Shown: positions 61,201-64,000 of the stretch, piece after piece | Numbering within the stretch: the stretch's first letter is position 1 | Layout: the number at the start of each line of letters is the position of its first letter | Assembly (NCBI GenBank): GCA_900088475.1 | Contig: FLMG01001956.1 | Location: 1 to 64,000, forward strand | DNA length: 64,000 nt | Direction: 5' to 3' | Source of the DNA: Hyphochytrium catenoides | Taxonomy: Eukaryota > Protista > Hyphochytriomycota | Program-made: the position numbers and the translations under genes | Notes under the pieces: model-generated | Databases searched by the model: none | What the model was told of the DNA's origin: nothing | What the model saw: the letters and a program-made list of their open reading frames with translations, nothing else

Positions 61201-63684
61201 GACTCAAGCTTCTCTTCCCTTTTTGTCCCGCAGTGTCCTCCCGACAGCCAACCCTTTGGCGCGACCGCCCTTTTGTTCTTCCTCTTTGGTCTGGCCGTGG
61301 TTCCAGCCACATTTCTCTTCTCCTTCTGCTTTAAAGTTCACAGCGTGGCACAGAGCATGGCTCTCTTTGTCGCCTTCATCGCAGGCACAGGCGGCGTCAT
61401 GGCAACCTCCATAATGGACAACATCCCTAGCACCATGGAAGCCAGCAAAGCTCTGAAGTATGTGCTGCGCCTTCTCCCTCCTTATGCTCTAGGGGAAGGG
61501 CTCCTGAACATGGTCACGACAGAATTATGGGGCGCTGCCACCAATGAGGAAGGGGAGACGAAGAAGAGCGTGTTCCATTGGGACATAACGGGAGGAGCCC
61601 TAGTTTATATGGCTTTTACTCCTTTCCTCTACATAGCCCTCACGATTGCTATGGATTACCTTTTGTGCTCTGAAGTCGCTCGGGCTTGGTTCCCCTTCTC
61701 TCGTCGCGGAGCTGCCACCACAGATGCTACTGCCTCTACGATGGAGGAAGACTCAGACGTAGCCGCAGAGAGGCAAAGGGTGACTCAGGGCGCCGCTTTC
61801 AACGATATTGTCCGCCTGGAAGGGGTGCGCAAGGTTTATAACGGAGGGAAGGTCGCTGTCAAGAATCTCTCCTTTGGTCTTCCCGCGGGCGCCTGCTTTG
61901 GCTTCTTAGGGATCAATGGAGCTGGCAAGGTAGTGTGCTCAACGTCGCCTGCGTAATGACTTCTTCGCTGGGGCTGACAGCAACATAATCTCCGCCACCC
62001 TTCTTTCTGTCCTTTTCCTTTCTGCCATCCACTCTTTGTAATCGGTTACTCCACTGTTCTCCTTCTTTCTGGGGCCCCTCTCTCGTTAAGATTGTCGTTG
62101 CTTCTCATGGTCGTCGCTATCTACCATCTCTCTATAGAGTTTTGGTCCGTCGTCCTGGTCTCTCTGACCACCACTCTCTTCTTCCCCGGTATATGTAGTC
62201 CACTACCATGAAGCTTTTGACAGGAGATGAGATGATCACAAGCGGACAAGCCTTCATCGGTGGCCGAAGCGTGACTTCCGACCAAATGGGAGTTAGGAGG
62301 CTCATAGGCTACTGCCCCCAATTTGATGCATTGCTGGATCTTCTGACAGTCAGAGAACATCTGGAGCTCTTTGCAGCAATCAAGGGAGTACCACCTGAGG
62401 AAGTAGAGCTGGTCGTGAGGGAGACGTTAGTGGACATGGACTTGACTAATTTTGAGCACAAGCTCACTCACACGCTCAGTGGAGGGAATAAGCGCAAGCT
62501 TTCTGTGGGAATTGCTATGATCGGGTCTCCACCTGTTCTCTTCTTGGACGAACCGTCCACGGGTATGGACCCTGTGGCGCGAAGGTTTATGTGGAGCGTC
62601 ATCGCGAGAGTGTCAACGGAGACGAAGGAAAGCACCGTGGTGCTGACCACTCACTCTATGGAAGAGTAAGTGGCCCCTTGATGTTAGATATGAGTATGCT
62701 GCCAGCCCGGTGCCCTAACTCCTTTCTTTCTTTACACCTCTCTGCGGCTCTTTCCTTTCGTCCCTGTCCTCCCTTCATCCTCATCCTCGGCGGGCTTCTT
62801 TTTTTCCCCACCTTCTCCCGCTGTCGCCTTTCTTTCTCTTTAAAAAATAGATGCGAGGCATTATGCAGCACCGTTGGCATTATGGTAGGAGGCAGACTTC
62901 GCTGCTTGGGCTCGATTCAGCACCTTAAAGACAAGTTTGGGAACGCTCTGATGCTGGAACTTAAGGCATCTGACCCACCTCAGGGCGAGGTTGAAGCCCT
63001 CATGAACCAACTTCAGAAGGAACTTCTGTCCGCGTCGGAAGTCTTTGAGCTCTGTACCACTCTAGGGAAGCCTTCGCGCATCTCGCTTCTTCAGGGAGGA
63101 GCCTCCCAACTTCAAGGTCAGCTAAGCAGAGAGGGCAAAGTACCCGTGACTCTGTTTTGTACGTGGTGGATCAATCAAAATAACTTTGAGCTCTTGGCTG
63201 ACCGCCTTGAGAGGATACTGCCTGGCATCCAGCTCTTGGAGCGCCACGATCTTAAGTCTCGATGGCGAATTGAGAAGGGAGGCAAGAAGCTTGCTTACAT
63301 CTTTGAAGCTATCGAGGTAAGGAAGGTGCTTTTTATAGATAAGCTAGAAGGGCTAGGAAAGCTGATATTCCTTGTCATGGCCCCCTATGTTACTTCTTCA
63401 TGCTCTTCTCTTCATCGCCTCGAATTTGGCTGTGCACTCTGGACTCGCCGCTTGTTCTATTGGTCTTCATCGTTCTTGCCTCTCCCTCTTCTGTCTGCCA
63501 CCACCACTTCTTCTGGCCACTTACAATACTCTATCCGTAGGACCTTAAGAAGGATATCGCGATCCCTGAGTATTGTGTCAGCCAAGTCTCGTTAGAGCAA
63601 GTGTTCAATCAGTTTGCAGCTCAGCAAGATGAAGAGAAGGCGCTGGCACCGGGTATGATACTCGGTGCGGAGGCCAGCAGGTAG
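55221..63684 (+). CDS. Full-size ABC transporter, subfamily A (multi-exon)
   Basis: N-terminal [13 protein letters not shown]...ELVIPL, TMD1 ([17 protein letters not shown]), NBD1 (LLGHNGAG|[27 protein letters not shown]|GMDP), TMD2 (VKEKE...KHLQLVSG), NBD2 (FLGINGAGK|[20 protein letters not shown]) and C-terminal [16 protein letters not shown]; TAG 63682-63684. Confidence 0.95.
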
Positions 63685-64000
63685 CAGCCCCACGAAGCTC
63701 ATAGAAATAAGGTTACTGTCGATAGTACTACCACCTTACCCGTACACATATTATAATGATAAGGTCTTTCATTGTTTATTATGTTCTTATTGCACGCCAT
63801 CATCTCTTCTTCCACATCCGAGACCTTGGTTAAGGAGTGGAAGGAGGAAAGAAAGCTAAACTATTTGGAAAAAGCCGTCGACAAAGCTGCTCTTTCCTTC
63901 ATCTGCGCTGGCCTTTCGAAAGGAAGCCAAACGACAATGTCTATACCTTGAGAAGTAAGCTATGCCCTTTGACATTCGGCACATCATGACCGGTGGACTG

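Noticed and set aside
57830-62200. Introns interrupting both ABCA Walker A motifs as a relic of the ancestral half-transporter duplication
   Set aside because: Positions and phases differ (G|GK versus K|S), so they are more simply independent insertions at proto-splice sites.

Overview
Gene-dense, intron-rich eukaryotic nuclear DNA, probably a stramenopile with a flagellated stage (inference from protein style and CFAP52). Introns are GT-AG, pyrimidine-rich, with CTRAC-type branch points. Recognisable genes in order: Sds3/BRMS1-like Sin3 subunit, KIX-domain Q/A-rich protein, large TPR protein, an unknown dually acylated acidic protein, TOM22, MGRN1/LOG2-type RING E3, ribosomal protein eL8/RPL7A, ubiquitin E1 UBA1, a DUF3605-like protein, a double-cupredoxin protein, CFAP52, a 59-N gap, a peroxisomal SDR (-SKL), a germin/spherulin cupin, an intronless tandem double transaldolase and a full-size ABCA transporter. 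The strongest candidate for an undescribed system is the 567-nt second intron of RPL7A (28033-28599, minus strand). It holds three copies of a kink-turn-like motif (CUAGCGG-loop-CCGC-AAU-GAYASAA), a set of mutually exclusive long-range pairings, and a second branch point/3' splice site that leads directly into an in-frame UAA. Together these suggest that eL8, an L7Ae-family k-turn binder, autoregulates its own splicing. All gene models were assembled by eye and no searches or folding programs were run.
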